DNA of 48,654 nt from an uncultured Gemmatimonadaceae bacterium (lineage in GTDB: Bacteria > Gemmatimonadota > Gemmatimonadetes > Gemmatimonadales > Gemmatimonadaceae): assembly GCA_963829055.1 (NCBI GenBank), contig CAWHHI010000014.1, forward strand, positions 1 to 48,654. Direction: 5' to 3'. Below the pieces are notes generated by a model that was not told the origin of the DNA, did no database searches, and saw only the letters and a list, made by a program, of their open reading frames with translations. Below, in pieces: positions 1-10,907 of this stretch; position 1 is the stretch's first letter; every line of letters starts with the position of its first letter. A program made the translations under genes and the position numbers.

Positions 1-30
1 CGATCATGCCAAACACGGGCAGGGTACCCC

Positions 31-510
31 ATGATGCTCACACCACAGACGCGCGCACTCTCCAGGGCTCTCGCCCTTCCCCTCGCGCTCGCCCTCACGG
101 CCTGCGGGCCGAACGACGCGGACATCAAGGCCGAAGCTGACAAAGCGATCGCCGGAGTGCAGGGCGCTACGGTTGATGTGGCGAGCGGCGTCGCAACGAT
201 TTCCGGACAGGTCGCCGACGAGGCGGCGAAGACAACGGCGGAAACGGCGGTGAAGGGAGTGAAGGGCGTCAAGTCGGTCGTCGACAACGCGACGGTCGCG
301 CCGCCTCCGGTCGTCATCTCGGCGGACGATTCTCTCAAGACGAACGTTGCGGCTGCGCTGAAGGACTTCCCGACGCTCACGGCGGACGTGAAGGACGGCG
401 TTGTCACGCTCACCGGTGACATCAAGAAAACTGACCTGCCGAAAGCCATGCAGGCCGTATCGGCACTGCATCCGAAGAAGATCGAGAACAAAGCCACGGT
501 GAAGAAGTAA
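31..510 (+). CDS. BON-domain lipoprotein (two BON domains)
   Basis: Intact 159-aa ORF; lipobox LALTAC; two BON-like repeats (VDVASGVATISG / ADVKDGVVTLTG) joined by a APPPVV linker. Confidence 0.85.
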   Translation: MMLTPQTRALSRALALPLALALTACGPNDADIKAEADKAIAGVQGATVDVASGVATISGQVADEAAKTTAETAVKGVKGVKSVVDNATVAPPPVVISADDSLKTNVAAALKDFPTLTADVKDGVVTLTGDIKKTDLPKAMQAVSALHPKKIENKATVKK

Positions 511-541
511 TCCGTCCTCCATTCACGCCGAGCAAATCATC

Positions 542-964
542 ATGCCGACTCTCGAGGACAAATACGCGGAGCTCATCACCGCGGCCAACGCAAGCGGGGC
601 GTCCAATCTCGCGGTGCGCGCGCAGGACAATGTGCTGTACATCGACGGCATGGTGCCGACGGGCGAAGCGAAGGACAAGCTGTGGAGCATCTACGACAAG
701 ATCGATCCGGACTATCGCAGTGGAGATCTCGTTCTCAATCTCAACGTCTCTCCCGCCGCTCCGTCGACGCGTCTCAAGGTGACCACCGAAAGCTCCAATC
801 TGAACATTCGCAAAGGACCGGGCACAGATCAGCCGATCGTCGGCAAGGCCGCGCACAACTCGGAAGTGACGCTGCTCAGCAAGTACAACGAAGAGTGGGC
901 GCTCGTTCGCTCGGCGAAGGGCGAGGAGGGATACTGCTCGCTGAAGTACCTGACTCCGATCTGA
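542..964 (+). CDS. SH3b-domain protein with N-terminal BON/Kbp-like domain
   Basis: Intact 140-aa ORF; C-terminal SH3b signature SNLNIRKGPGTDQPIVG...W...EGYCSLKYL; 31 bp after the BON gene; no signal peptide. Confidence 0.8.
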   Translation: MPTLEDKYAELITAANASGASNLAVRAQDNVLYIDGMVPTGEAKDKLWSIYDKIDPDYRSGDLVLNLNVSPAAPSTRLKVTTESSNLNIRKGPGTDQPIVGKAAHNSEVTLLSKYNEEWALVRSAKGEEGYCSLKYLTPI

Positions 965-982
965 GCCTAACGAGTGCGGCTA

Positions 983-1203
983 GCTGGTTGCTGGGTGTGG
1001 GTGCTGGGGCTGGGTGATGCTGGGTGCCTATGTCATCCCGAGCGTCAGCGAGGGATCTTGGTGAAGGTATTCGTGGCAACGCGGCTACGATGACGTCCAG
1101 AAGGTCCCTCGTCGCTGGCGCTGCTCGGGAATGACACCGGTCGGGCCTCAGCACCCAGGATCACCCAGCGACCAGCACGACCACCCAGCTACCAGCTGCA
1201 GTT
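983..1203. repeat. Composite inverted-repeat element: family-B arms (983-1017, 1161-1203) enclosing a family-A REP-like hairpin (1031-1136)
   Basis: GCTGGTTGCTGGGTG...GCTGGGTGA versus TCACCCAGC...CACCCAGCTACCAGC; inner TGTCATCCCGAGCG...GCTCGGGAATGACA; lies between convergent genes. Confidence 0.8.
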
Positions 1204-1212
1204 GACACCGAT

Positions 1213-3563
1213 CTATGGAACGATCTGAGGCTTGCCGATCTGATATTCCTTCGGCGGCTCCGCGCCCTGCAGGTTCTTCACGAAATAATCCCAGCGCCGC
1301 CGCATGACGTAGTTGTTGTCCACGCCGTAGCCGTGACGCGCGTGCGGCAACATGATCAGATCGAAATCCTTCCCCGCCTTCACGAGCGCGTCGACCACGA
1401 GCTGCGTGTTCTCCGCCGGCACGTTGTCGTCCATCTGCCCGTGCACGAGCATCAGCTTGCCCTTCAGGTTCTTCGCGTACGTCTCGTTCGACTCGGCCGC
1501 ATAGTTGTCGGTCGCGCCGTTCTTCGCGAGCGAGACCCTGATAGCGCTCGCCCCAGTCGTCCTCGTAGTTGCGGTTGTCGTGATTGCCCGACTCCGCGAT
1601 GCCGACGTCGAAGAAGTCCGTGAACTTGAACATCGCGGACGCCGTCGCGAACCCGCCGCCGGAGTGGCCCCAGATCCCGACCTTCTCGCCGTCGATGAAC
1701 GCATACCGCTTGGCGAGCTCCTTGATGCCGGCGACCTGGTCGGGAATCGTGTTGTCGCCCATGTGGCCGTAGTACGTGTCCGCGAACGTCTTCGAGCGGC
1801 CCGGCGTTCCCATGCCGTCGATCGCCACGACGACGAAGCCGAGCTCCGCCAGCGCCTGGTGATCGCCGCGCGCGGGGGAGAAGCTGCGAGGGCCGACGCT
1901 GCCGCTCTGCGGACCGGGGTAGATGTAGTCGATGATCGGGTACTTCTTCGACGAGTCCATCTTCGACGGCGTGAACATCAGATCCGTAGATGTCGGTCTT
2001 GCCGTCACGGCCCTTCATCTTCACCGACGTCGGCGGCCGCCAGCCAGTCGCGACCAGGCGCGAGATGTCCGCCTTCTCGAGCGTCTGCGAGATCTTGCCC
2101 GCTCCGTCGCGGAGCACCGTCACGGGCGGCGTCTCGGGCGTCGAGTACGAATCCACGACGTACTTCCCGTCCGCCGACATCGAGACGCTGTGGTTCGCGT
2201 TCTCCGGCGTCAGCAGCGTCTGTCCCTTGCCGTCGAAGCCGATGCTGTAGAAGTGCTGATAGTACGGATCGCGCCCTGGCTCCTTGCCCTGCCCCATGAA
2301 GTAGATCGATGCGCGCCTTCTCGTCCACGCGCACGACGTCCTCGACGTTCCCGTCGCCGGTCGTTATGCGGTTCTTGAGCTTGCCCGTCGTCAGGTCGTA
2401 CAGGTAGAGGTGAATCCAGTCGTCGCGCTCCGACCACCAGATCAACTCGTTCGACGCCGGCAGCACGCGCCACAGATTCTCGGGCAACGATGCATCGCCC
2501 ACCTGCGTCGCGGCATGTTCCTCGAACAGCGTCTTCACCGCGCCGGTGCTCGCATCGGCCACGCGGAACCACGCCGTCTTGTGATCGCGCGAGCTCGAGA
2601 TGAACGCCAGGTGTGAGCCATCAGGATACCACTGCACGTCACAGATCTCGCCGCCGCAGTTCACATGATCCGACACGGTGGACCGGTGCGCGTCAGGCGG
2701 CATGTCGAGCCGGAGCACGTGCGCGCCGCCGTTAGGCAGCAGGTGGATGATGACGCGGCTGATGCGGAAGATCACGCTGTCGCCCGGCATCGGGTACTTC
2801 CACGCATCGAGCTTCGGGCCACCGACGTTCGTGGACACGAGATACATGTCGCGCACGCCACGACCGTCGTGCTGGAACGTCGCGATCTGCTTCGAGTCCG
2901 GTGACCACGTGAGCACCGGCCGGTCGCTGTGCGCCCAACCGGCATTGTCGGTCGCGTAGCCGAAATCCTTGATGCCGTCGGTCGTGAGCTGCGTCTCGCG
3001 TCCAGTCGCGAGATCGCGCGCCCAGAGATTGTTGTCCTTGATGAACGCCGCCAGTCTTCCCGTCAGGCGACACGCTCGAGTTCTGCGGCGCGCGTCCGCT
3101 CGCGGGCGTCGAGTCGCCGCCGGCGCACGTGTACTGCTGCAGATCGCATTTCCAGCTGCGGTTCTGCAGGCTCACCGTGATCGACCGGTTGTCCTTGCAC
3201 AGGTCGAACGACTGGAACGGCAGTCGATTGCCATCCACCCGTCCACCTGACGCCGCCGCGAGTGCCGCAGCCAGTCGAGTGCGATCGAACACCTCCGCGC
3301 GCGTGCTTTCGCGCGGGATCGACGACGTAGAACGCGCCGCCGTTCGCGATCGTGGACCGGTACCAGAATCGACCGTCGTCGAGCCAGCGCGGTGGACCGC
3401 TGAGGCCGCTCACCAACGACAGGGCCGAGGCGCCAAGATACCGCTCGGCCCGCCCGTAGTCCTCGGCGGTGAGTTGACGAGGCGCTTGCGTGGCGGCCTG
3501 CCCCGACAACGACGAGGCGAAAGGCGCCACGACGATCAGCAAAGCGGCACGAGAAAGGCGCAT
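1213..3563 (-). CDS. S9B dipeptidyl-peptidase IV-like secreted peptidase (frameshifted in this sequence)
   Basis: ORF fragments 3063-3626, 2732-3292, 2005-2916, 1464-2297, 1148-2008 and 1213-1704 join into signal peptide + DPPIV_N propeller + catalytic GIWGHSGGG, QMDDNV, HARHGY. Confidence 0.88.
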
Positions 3564-3644
3564 GTGAATCGAAGGTGAACCGGTGAAGTGGTTACGCAGC
3601 CGGAAGGACACCGGGCTGCTCGACAAGCTACCCCATGGGTTGAA

Positions 3645-5417
3645 ATGGCGGGAGACGGGTCACAGGTCCGGTTCCTGTCGCTCGACCGATCCGGTTCGGC
3701 ATTATCCGCACATCGAGGGCCGGTGTTGGACGCATGGTGCGTCCCGCGAATCGCGGCCCTCGCCGCGAGCACAGGTGGTGGTCGTGGAAGAGAAAGCGAA
3801 CGACACGAACGTTCCAGGAACGCGTCACACGGCTCGAGGGGCGCTTTGGCCGATGCGCGGTCCAGCGCTGATGCACACTCCACCGCGCTGTACTCGGGCA
3901 TTCGGTCACTCGTCACAGAGCTGATCCGGCGTCGCCGCCAGAGCGAGCAGCTGTGCGACACGCTCTCGCGCGTGCTCGAGGCCACGAGCGACGGCTTCGT
4001 CGCCCTCGACTCTCAATGGAGATACACGTACGTCAACGCGCACGCCGGACATATGTTCGGCCGCGACCCGTCAATCGTTGATCGGCAAGAACATCTGGGC
4101 CGAGTTCCCGGAAGGCGTCGGGCAGGCGTTCCAGCAGGAGTACGAGCGCGCCATGGCCGACGGGCAACCGCATCAGATCGAAGCGTACTACCCGCCGTAC
4201 GATCGCTGGTTCGACAATCGGATTTTCCCGTACGCTGGCGGGCTCGCGATCTTCTTCCAGGATGTCACCGAGCGACGCATCGCCGACGATCGGCTGCACG
4301 AGAGCGAGCAGCGCTACCGATCACTGTTCGACCACAACCCCGACGCGGTGTATTCGATGAACGTCGAAGGTCGCTTCACGAGCGCGAACGCTGCCTGCGA
4401 GGAGCTGACCGGACGTACGATCGATGAGCTGATGGCAACTCCGTTCGCTCCCTCGTCGTGCCCGAACATCGCGAGCGCGCCCACCAGCACTTCCTCACGG
4501 CCATCCGTCGGAAGGCGACGAGCTACGACGAGGCCATCCTCCACAAGAGCGGTCGCCGCGTCGAGATCTCCATCACGAAGCTCCCCATTATCGTCGACGG
4601 CAAGGTCGTCGGCGTCTACGGCATCGCGAAAGATCTCACCTGGCAGCGAGAGCTCGAGTGGCGGCTCCAGCAGTCGCAGAAGATGGAGGCGGTAGGACGA
4701 GTCGCCGGGGGCGTCGCGCACGACTTCAACAACCTGCTCACGGTCATCCAGAGCTGTGCGTCGTTTCTCGCCCGCGATATTCCGGAGTCCAACCCGTCTG
4801 CACGCGAGACGTCGAGTCGATTCAGAGCGCGTCGCGACGCGCCGGCGAGCTGACGCAGCAGCTGCTCGCGTTCAGTCGCAAGCAGCTGTTGCGGCCGCAG
4901 CTGATGGACATCAACGGCACGTGCTGGGTTTCGTCGCGACGCTGCGGCGCGTCGTCGGGGACGACCATCGCGATTGAAACGGATCTCGCACCAAATACCT
5001 GGCCGTTTTCGCCGACCCCGGACAGATCGAGCGCGTCCTCATGAACCTCGGCCTGAATGCGCGCGACGCGATGCCGAACGGTGGCACGATACGGGTTGGT
5101 ACCGAGAACCTCGTGCTGGGTCGCGAGGCAGCCGGCAATCCTGCGCCAGGGAACTACGTGGAGATCACGTCGAGGATACGGGGACGGGGATCGACCCTGC
5201 CGTGCTGCCGTACCTCTTCGAGCCGTTCGTGACCACGAAGCCCGCCGGCGTCGGCACCGGGCTCGGCCTCTCGACCGCACACGGGATCGTCGAGCAGACC
5301 GGCGGCGTCATCCGCGCCAGCAGCACGCCCGGAAGTGGCAGCCGCTTCTCGGTCTTCCTGCCGCGGGCCGTGGCGATGATCTGCCGACGCCGCGGTCGCC
5401 TAACGCTGCACCGATGA
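3645..5417 (+). CDS. PAS-PAS sensor histidine kinase (frameshifted; start uncertain)
   Basis: Two PAS domains (SDGFVALDSQWRYTYVN; YRSLFDHNPDAVY), H-box VAHDFNNLL, N-box NLGLNARDAM, G-boxes DTGTG/GTGLGL; no C-terminal receiver domain seen. Confidence 0.85.
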
Positions 5418-5449
5418 ACGCGGCGTGCTTCGGACGGCGCATCCCGCGG

Positions 5450-6390
5450 GACCGCCGATCGCAGGAACCCGATGAGCAGCGGGTTCACGACGTCGGTGCG
5501 CTCCATGAGCGGCAGATGCGCCGGCGCGCTCGATCGGATGGTACTGCGCCTGCGGGATCGCCTTGCGCACACCGTCTCGCGTGGTCGATGGTCACCGTGC
5601 TGTCCTGCATGCCCCAGATGAGCAGCGTCGGCACGCCCATCGCGCCGACGCGTGCGTAGACGGAATCCAGCGGGTCCCGCCATCTCTCCCGGAGCGTGGA
5701 CAGAAGCGCGCGGCCGAATCCTCGATACTGCGTCTGCACGCGATAGCGGGCCTGCCCAGTCCGGCCACCTCGCCGGCTCCACGAAGTCCGATGAGCTGAC
5801 CCGGAGCCATCTTCGGCACTGCGAGGGCCTGCCACAGCACGGGGCCCGACGACAGGAAGACGGAACATGGCAGTGGCGCACCTCGGCTCTCCCCGGCGAC
5901 TGGATCGATCAGCGTCAGCGAGCGAACGCGCTCCGGGTGTGGCCCACGAAGGTTCCCGTCACGGATCCACCCATGGAAAGCCCCATGACATCCACCCGAT
6001 CGCGCCACCCGAGTGAGTCGAGGAGCTGAACGAGCTGACGGTCGTACAGGTCGGCCGTGTAGGCGACGTCGGGACGATCGGAGTAGCCGCGCCCGTACTC
6101 GTCGTATCGAGCGACGCGAAACCCGGCACCCGCGAGCGCCGTGACGGTCGAGTCCCAGATGTACGACGGGACCGAGAAGCCGTGAACGAGCATGACTCGC
6201 TGGCCGCTGTCGGGCCCGGCGACGTCGTAGTGCGTGATGCCGTCGCCTAACGTCACGAACGTGCCCGGCACGCCCTGGCGCGCACCGGCGTCGAGATCGG
6301 CACGCTCGGGGTTCCGCGTGACGTTGAGGTAGACGCGAGGCAGGCGACGGCGATGGCAATCGGCGCGACGATGAGCTTACGGAGTCGCAT
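5450..6390 (-). CDS. Alpha/beta-fold hydrolase (frameshifted; 3' end approximate)
   Basis: LVHGFS, YDEYGRGYSDRP, nucleophile GLSMGG, PTLLIWGMQD, HLPLMERTDVVN across fragments 5915-6271, 5485-5868 and 5165-5881. Confidence 0.8.
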
Positions 6391-6512
6391 GGCGGGTATG
6401 GAGAAGATATTCGGTGGGTACATGGTGAGCTGGCTAATCGCCGCGCGACCGCACCAGATCGAAGTTCCTCATAAATTGCGGTCAGCGCGACCCGCCAGCT
6501 ACCTCTACGCAC

Positions 6513-7434
6513 GTGAAACGTGTCACTAGGCCGGCTCTCTGGGGAATCGACCTCGGAGGCACGAAGATCGAAGGGGCCATTGTCGATCCCGGGCGTGCAG
6601 ACCGAGCCGAGTGGCGCGCGCGGATCCCGACCGAGAGTGCACGGGGCTACGAGCCACATCATCCGGCGGGTGGTCGCGGTCGTCGAGCGACTCGAGCGGG
6701 ACTCTGGCCTCGGCGTCCGCCGGTGATCGGCGTCGGGACACCCGGCGCGATCGAGCCCGACAGCGGGCATGCTCAAGAACTCGAACACGGTCTGCCTGAA
6801 CGGGCGGCCGCTCGCGGCGGACCTGTCGTCGGCGTTAGGCGTCGAGGCGCGGCTCGCGAACGACGCCAATTGCTTCGCGCTCGCCGAAGCGACGCTCGGC
6901 GCCGCCCGCGGCCGCGCGGTGGTGCTCGGACTGATCATCGGCACGGGCGTCGGAAGCGGGATCGTCGTGGACGGCCGAGTGCTCCACGGCCGCCACGGGA
7001 TCGCCGGCGAGTGGGGCCACAATCCGATCTGCGGCGAGACCGCTACCGTGCTACTGCGGGAGCGTCTGGGTGCGTCGAGACGGTGATCTCGGGCCCGGCG
7101 CTCGAGCGATTCTATCGACGCGCGAACCGGCCACGCGCGGACGCTGCCGGACATCGCCCGCCGCGCCGGCGCGGGCGATGCGGACGCCAGCTGAGACGTT
7201 AGGCCGCCTGACGGAGAAGTTCGGCGAGGCGATCGCCGCGGTGATCAACATCCTCGATCCCGGACGCGATCGTGATCGGCGGCGGTGTCGGGAACATCGA
7301 TCGGACCTGTACGACGACCGCACGCGCGAGGCGATCCGCCGCCACCTGTTCAACCCCGACGCTGCGCACCGAGCTTCTGCGCCCGACGCTCGGCGACAGC
7401 GCAGGCGTCTTCGGTGCAGCGCTGCTCCTGCTGA
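6513..7434 (+). CDS. ROK-family sugar kinase (fructokinase/Mak-like; frameshifted, no clean stop)
   Basis: GIDLGGTKIE, ANDANCFALAEA, GTGVGSG, AGEWGHN, CVETVISG, GDSAGVFGAA. Confidence 0.88.
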
Positions 7435-7438
7435 GCCC

Positions 7439-7619
7439 TGTCATCCCGAGGGCGCGAGAGCTCTTGAAGGGCGGACGGCCTCGAGACGGATCGCGCGTCC
7501 CCGAGGCCATGTGCATCCCGAGCGACAGCGCAGGGATCTTCTCGAAAGTGATCGCGGCCAGAATTCGCTACGATGCCATCACAGCAGGTCTCTCGTCGCT
7601 GCTGCTCCTCGGGATGACA
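7439..7619. repeat. Family-A REP-like palindromic element (TGTCATCCCGAG subtype)
   Basis: TGTCATCCCGAG at 7439 and CTCGGGATGACA ending 7619; internal CTACGATGCCATCAC core similar to copies at 1031, 36565 and 38610. Confidence 0.8.
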
Positions 7620-7704
7620 GTGTTGCAATGTTCTGCGTCCGTCTGCGTCGCGCGCGAACCGCGCCTGCGCGGTCTGTGTTCCGTAGTTCGGAGTCGCGCA
7701 ACCG

Positions 7705-9153
7705 CTACTGCGCAGTCCTCGACGTGGTCGTCAGCGCCTTCGTCAGGCGGTACAGGAACTCCTGCCCCTCGTAGTACGACTGAATCCGCATGCGCTCATC
7801 GCGCCCGTGCGCGCGCGCGTCGACCGTCGGATCGGAGAACAAGCCCGACACACCGAACGCCGGTACACCCTGCGCACGGAAGAACCGCGAGTCCGTCGCG
7901 CCCGTCGACATCACCGGAATCACCGGAATGTTGCCCCACATGTCGCGCGTGATCTGCGTGACCGGCTCCATCAGCTCCGGCAGCATCGCACTCGGCGGCG
8001 ACGGCGGACGCTGCGAACGCACGAGCACCTGCACCGTCGTGTCGTTGATCAGCTTCTCGAACTCCGCGCGCACCACCTCCGCCGTATCCGTCGGGAACAG
8101 CCGACAATTGACGTTCGCCTCGGCCAACTGCGGCAGCGCGTTCGTCGCGTGTCCGCCGTTCAACATCGTCGCGACGCACGTCGTCCGAAGCATCGCGTTG
8201 TAGCGCGGGTCGGCGGAGACCGCGGCGATGGCCGCTGGGTCCGCCGGGTTCGCCACGAGCGCCTTCATCGCGCGGCCTAACGCCGGCTCTTCCACGTCGG
8301 CCGTCTTCGCGAAGAAGGCCTTCGTCACCTCGTTCATGCGAACCGGAAAGTTGTGACGTCCAACCTTCGCCAGCGCATCCGCCAGCGCCGTGATCGCGTT
8401 GTCCGCGCGTGGCACGGACGAATGCCCACCACGATTGGTCGCGCGAAGCGTGATGTTCGTCGTCACCTTCTCCGTGGCTTGTACGGAGTTGAACAGCGGC
8501 TTTCCGTTGCGCAACGTCCCGCCGCCACCTTCGTTGATCACGAGCGCGCCGTCGATCAGCTCGGGGTGATTCTTGAGGAGCCAGTCGACGCCATTCGCCG
8601 GACCGCTCTCCTCGTCGGCCGTGAGCGCGATGATGATGTCGCGGTCGGGCACGTACTTCTCGCGCATCATGCGCGTGGCGTTCGCGACGAAGATCGACGC
8701 CATGGCCTTATCGTCCGCCGTACCGCGGCCGTAGTAGTAGCCGTCGCGCTCGGTGAAGACGAACGGGTCGAGGTCCGGGGACCAGTCAGCCTTGAGCGCT
8801 TCGACGACGTCGATGTGCGCGAGCAGCAGCAGCGGCTTCCGCGCCGCGCCTGCTTTGCCGCGGATGCGCGCCACGACGTTGTGCTTTTCGGGACGCGGAC
8901 CGCCGACGAAGATGTCGGCCTCCGGAATCCCGGCATCGCGGAACCGCTTGGCCATCGCGACTGCTGCCGTCGTGACATTCCCCGTCGTCACGCCGGTGTT
9001 GATCTCGATGAGCTCTTTATAGATGTCGTGCGCGAGCTGCTGGTTCGCGTTGAGCGACCCAGGCGTGAAAACCGCGGCGCCCCGCGCCTGTGCGCCGAGG
9101 GCGAGTGGTAGCGAGACGATGGCGGCGATGGCCGCGAGACGTGGGAAGCGCAT
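7705..9153 (-). CDS. M20/M25/M40 family metallopeptidase, secreted
   Basis: Intact ORF; signal peptide; LLAHIDVV, GRGTADDK, ADEE, NEGG, GATDSRF, AHGRDER metal-binding motifs. Confidence 0.92.
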   Translation of the reverse strand: MRFPRLAAIAAIVSLPLALGAQARGAAVFTPGSLNANQQLAHDIYKELIEINTGVTTGNVTTAAVAMAKRFRDAGIPEADIFVGGPRPEKHNVVARIRGKAGAARKPLLLLAHIDVVEALKADWSPDLDPFVFTERDGYYYGRGTADDKAMASIFVANATRMMREKYVPDRDIIIALTADEESGPANGVDWLLKNHPELIDGALVINEGGGGTLRNGKPLFNSVQATEKVTTNITLRATNRGGHSSVPRADNAITALADALAKVGRHNFPVRMNEVTKAFFAKTADVEEPALGRAMKALVANPADPAAIAAVSADPRYNAMLRTTCVATMLNGGHATNALPQLAEANVNCRLFPTDTAEVVRAEFEKLINDTTVQVLVRSQRPPSPPSAMLPELMEPVTQITRDMWGNIPVIPVMSTGATDSRFFRAQGVPAFGVSGLFSDPTVDARAHGRDERMRIQSYYEGQEFLYRLTKALTTTSRTAQ

Positions 9154-9240
9154 GGTTGGGCTGGCAGACGTGGGCAACAGAACCGACTGCAGGCCAACGT
9201 ATCGCGACTCGTCCCGGGCCGACAGTCCAACCCTCCGTGC

Positions 9241-9840
9241 CTACTTGCTCCACGGCGGCGTCACGCCGTTCATCCGCGCGTAGGCGATGAGCTGCCCGAG
9301 ATGCTCATGCAGGTCATCCGTCATCGAGAACGACGTTTCGATGATCGTGTGATCGCCGCCGAACAGCTTCTGCGTCCCCGTGATCGCCGCGGGGTCCACC
9401 GCGCCGATCGACTGCTTCGTGTACGCGAACCCTTCCTTCAGGTGCTTCATCACATCGGCCTTCGTGGACTTCGACTCGAAGGTCTTGAATGCCTCCTGAC
9501 CACGCGGGATGACAGGCGATCGCGCGGCACCGTACGCCATTGGCGCGTAAACGTAGAACTCGCTGGCGACGTGCATGAACGCCTCACCGACAGACCGCAC
9601 CCCGGGCGCCGGACGCCACGTGTACTTCTCCGCCGGAATCGCCTCGGCGAGCGCGAGGAACTTGCTCTGCAGCGTGTCGAGATCCGTGAGGAACTGCTTT
9701 CGGATCTCGAGCGCGGCCTCGCGATTCGGGACGGCTTGCGCGGCCACGACACGCGCCGTGCTCGCGAGCAGACAGCCAATAGCGAAGACACCGACTCGGA
9801 ATGAATGTCGGCCGGCACCGGTCGTGATCGCGTAGCGCAT
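9241..9840 (-). CDS. DinB-family protein with signal-peptide-like N-terminus
   Basis: Intact ORF; YTWRPAPGVRSVGEAFMHV and HEHLGQLIAYARMNGVTPPW motifs. Confidence 0.85.
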   Translation of the reverse strand: MRYAITTGAGRHSFRVGVFAIGCLLASTARVVAAQAVPNREAALEIRKQFLTDLDTLQSKFLALAEAIPAEKYTWRPAPGVRSVGEAFMHVASEFYVYAPMAYGAARSPVIPRGQEAFKTFESKSTKADVMKHLKEGFAYTKQSIGAVDPAAITGTQKLFGGDHTIIETSFSMTDDLHEHLGQLIAYARMNGVTPPWSK

Positions 9841-10030
9841 GGAAGGGAATCCTCGGAGAGGTGGAGAGGCATTGCGTCGCGGCAATGTTCACCCGGAGCT
9901 GCCGCCGCAGTAGTCCGCGGTGGTAAGACGCCCAAGGAGCCCGGTATCCGGACGCTGTGTGGGACGAACGGCCGGACATGCAGCGTGCGACGCGATCCGC
10001 GGCGCCGACCAGCGGCGCGACGCCCCACGT

Positions 10031-10771
10031 TCAGCGGCGTGACGGCAGGCGCCTAACGAGCGGCGAGCGAGCCGCCGATTCTCCGCGCGACAACACGAGT
10101 GCCAGCCGCTCGCCGCCGTTGAACCAGTTGGCCCGCACGGCTCGCTCCGCCGCGGCCGCACCACCCGCGCGAACGGCGGCAACGATCGCGGCATGCTCGG
10201 CGTAGGTCGCGCTGAAGTCCGGGCCGATGAGCGGCGCGTACAACCACTCGTAGCGATCGAGGCGCGGCCGCATCGCCTCGAAGAGCGCGCGAATCGTCCC
10301 GCCGGCGCAGGCATCGTGAAGCGCGCGATGAAACGCATCGTGCCGCTCGAACAACGCATCGTAGTCGAGTGGTCGCTGACGCGTCGCGACTCGGAACGCC
10401 GTGTCGCGGCGGCGCATCTCGTCGGCCAGGCGCTGGCGCTCCACAGACGAGAGATCCGTGACGCCGCGCGCCACGATGCCCTCCAGCGCACCGGCGGCCT
10501 GATAGAGCTCTACCACGTCCGCCGGTCCCACTGGTGCCGCGGCCATCCGCGGGCGAGCACCGCCGCCGTCCGCGACGAGGAGCCCTTCAGCGAGCAACCG
10601 GCGCATGGCCTCGCGCACCGGCGTGCGACTCACGCGCAAGCGGGCCGACAGATCCGCCTCGGTCACTCGAGCCCCGGGCGGAATATCCCCGCCGACGAGC
10701 AGGCGCCGGACGTGGCTATAGGCGTCCGCCGGGCGGAGACGCGCGACGGGCTGGCTCGGAGCGGCAGTCAC
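10031..10771 (-). CDS. GntR-family (FCD) transcriptional regulator
   Basis: HTH EADLSARLRVSRTPVREAMRRL; FCD motifs AFHRAL and EHAAIVAA. Confidence 0.9.
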   Translation of the reverse strand: MTAAPSQPVARLRPADAYSHVRRLLVGGDIPPGARVTEADLSARLRVSRTPVREAMRRLLAEGLLVADGGGARPRMAAAPVGPADVVELYQAAGALEGIVARGVTDLSSVERQRLADEMRRRDTAFRVATRQRPLDYDALFERHDAFHRALHDACAGGTIRALFEAMRPRLDRYEWLYAPLIGPDFSATYAEHAAIVAAVRAGGAAAAERAVRANWFNGGERLALVLSRGESAARSPLVRRLPSRR

Positions 10772-10795
10772 GTATGAGAAGGGAGTAGCGAAAAG

Positions 10796-10814
10796 GTATA
10801 CGAAAAACGTATAC
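10796..10814. promoter_or_regulatory. Candidate GntR operator
   Basis: Perfect inverted repeat GTATACG-AAAAA-CGTATAC in the AT-rich divergent gap between gntR and the S41 gene. Confidence 0.6.
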
Positions 10815-10907
10815 GTTATTGGTGTTGCGCGGCAACCGTTCGGGCGAACCGCGGTGTCGGACCTGATGTGTCAAGTCGCGCTCGTCCTCCATTACCCGGC
10901 TACTCTC

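Noticed and set aside
9841..10030. Possible riboswitch in the 190-nt gntR-dinB gap
   Set aside because: Only short GC hairpins; no recognisable aptamer consensus
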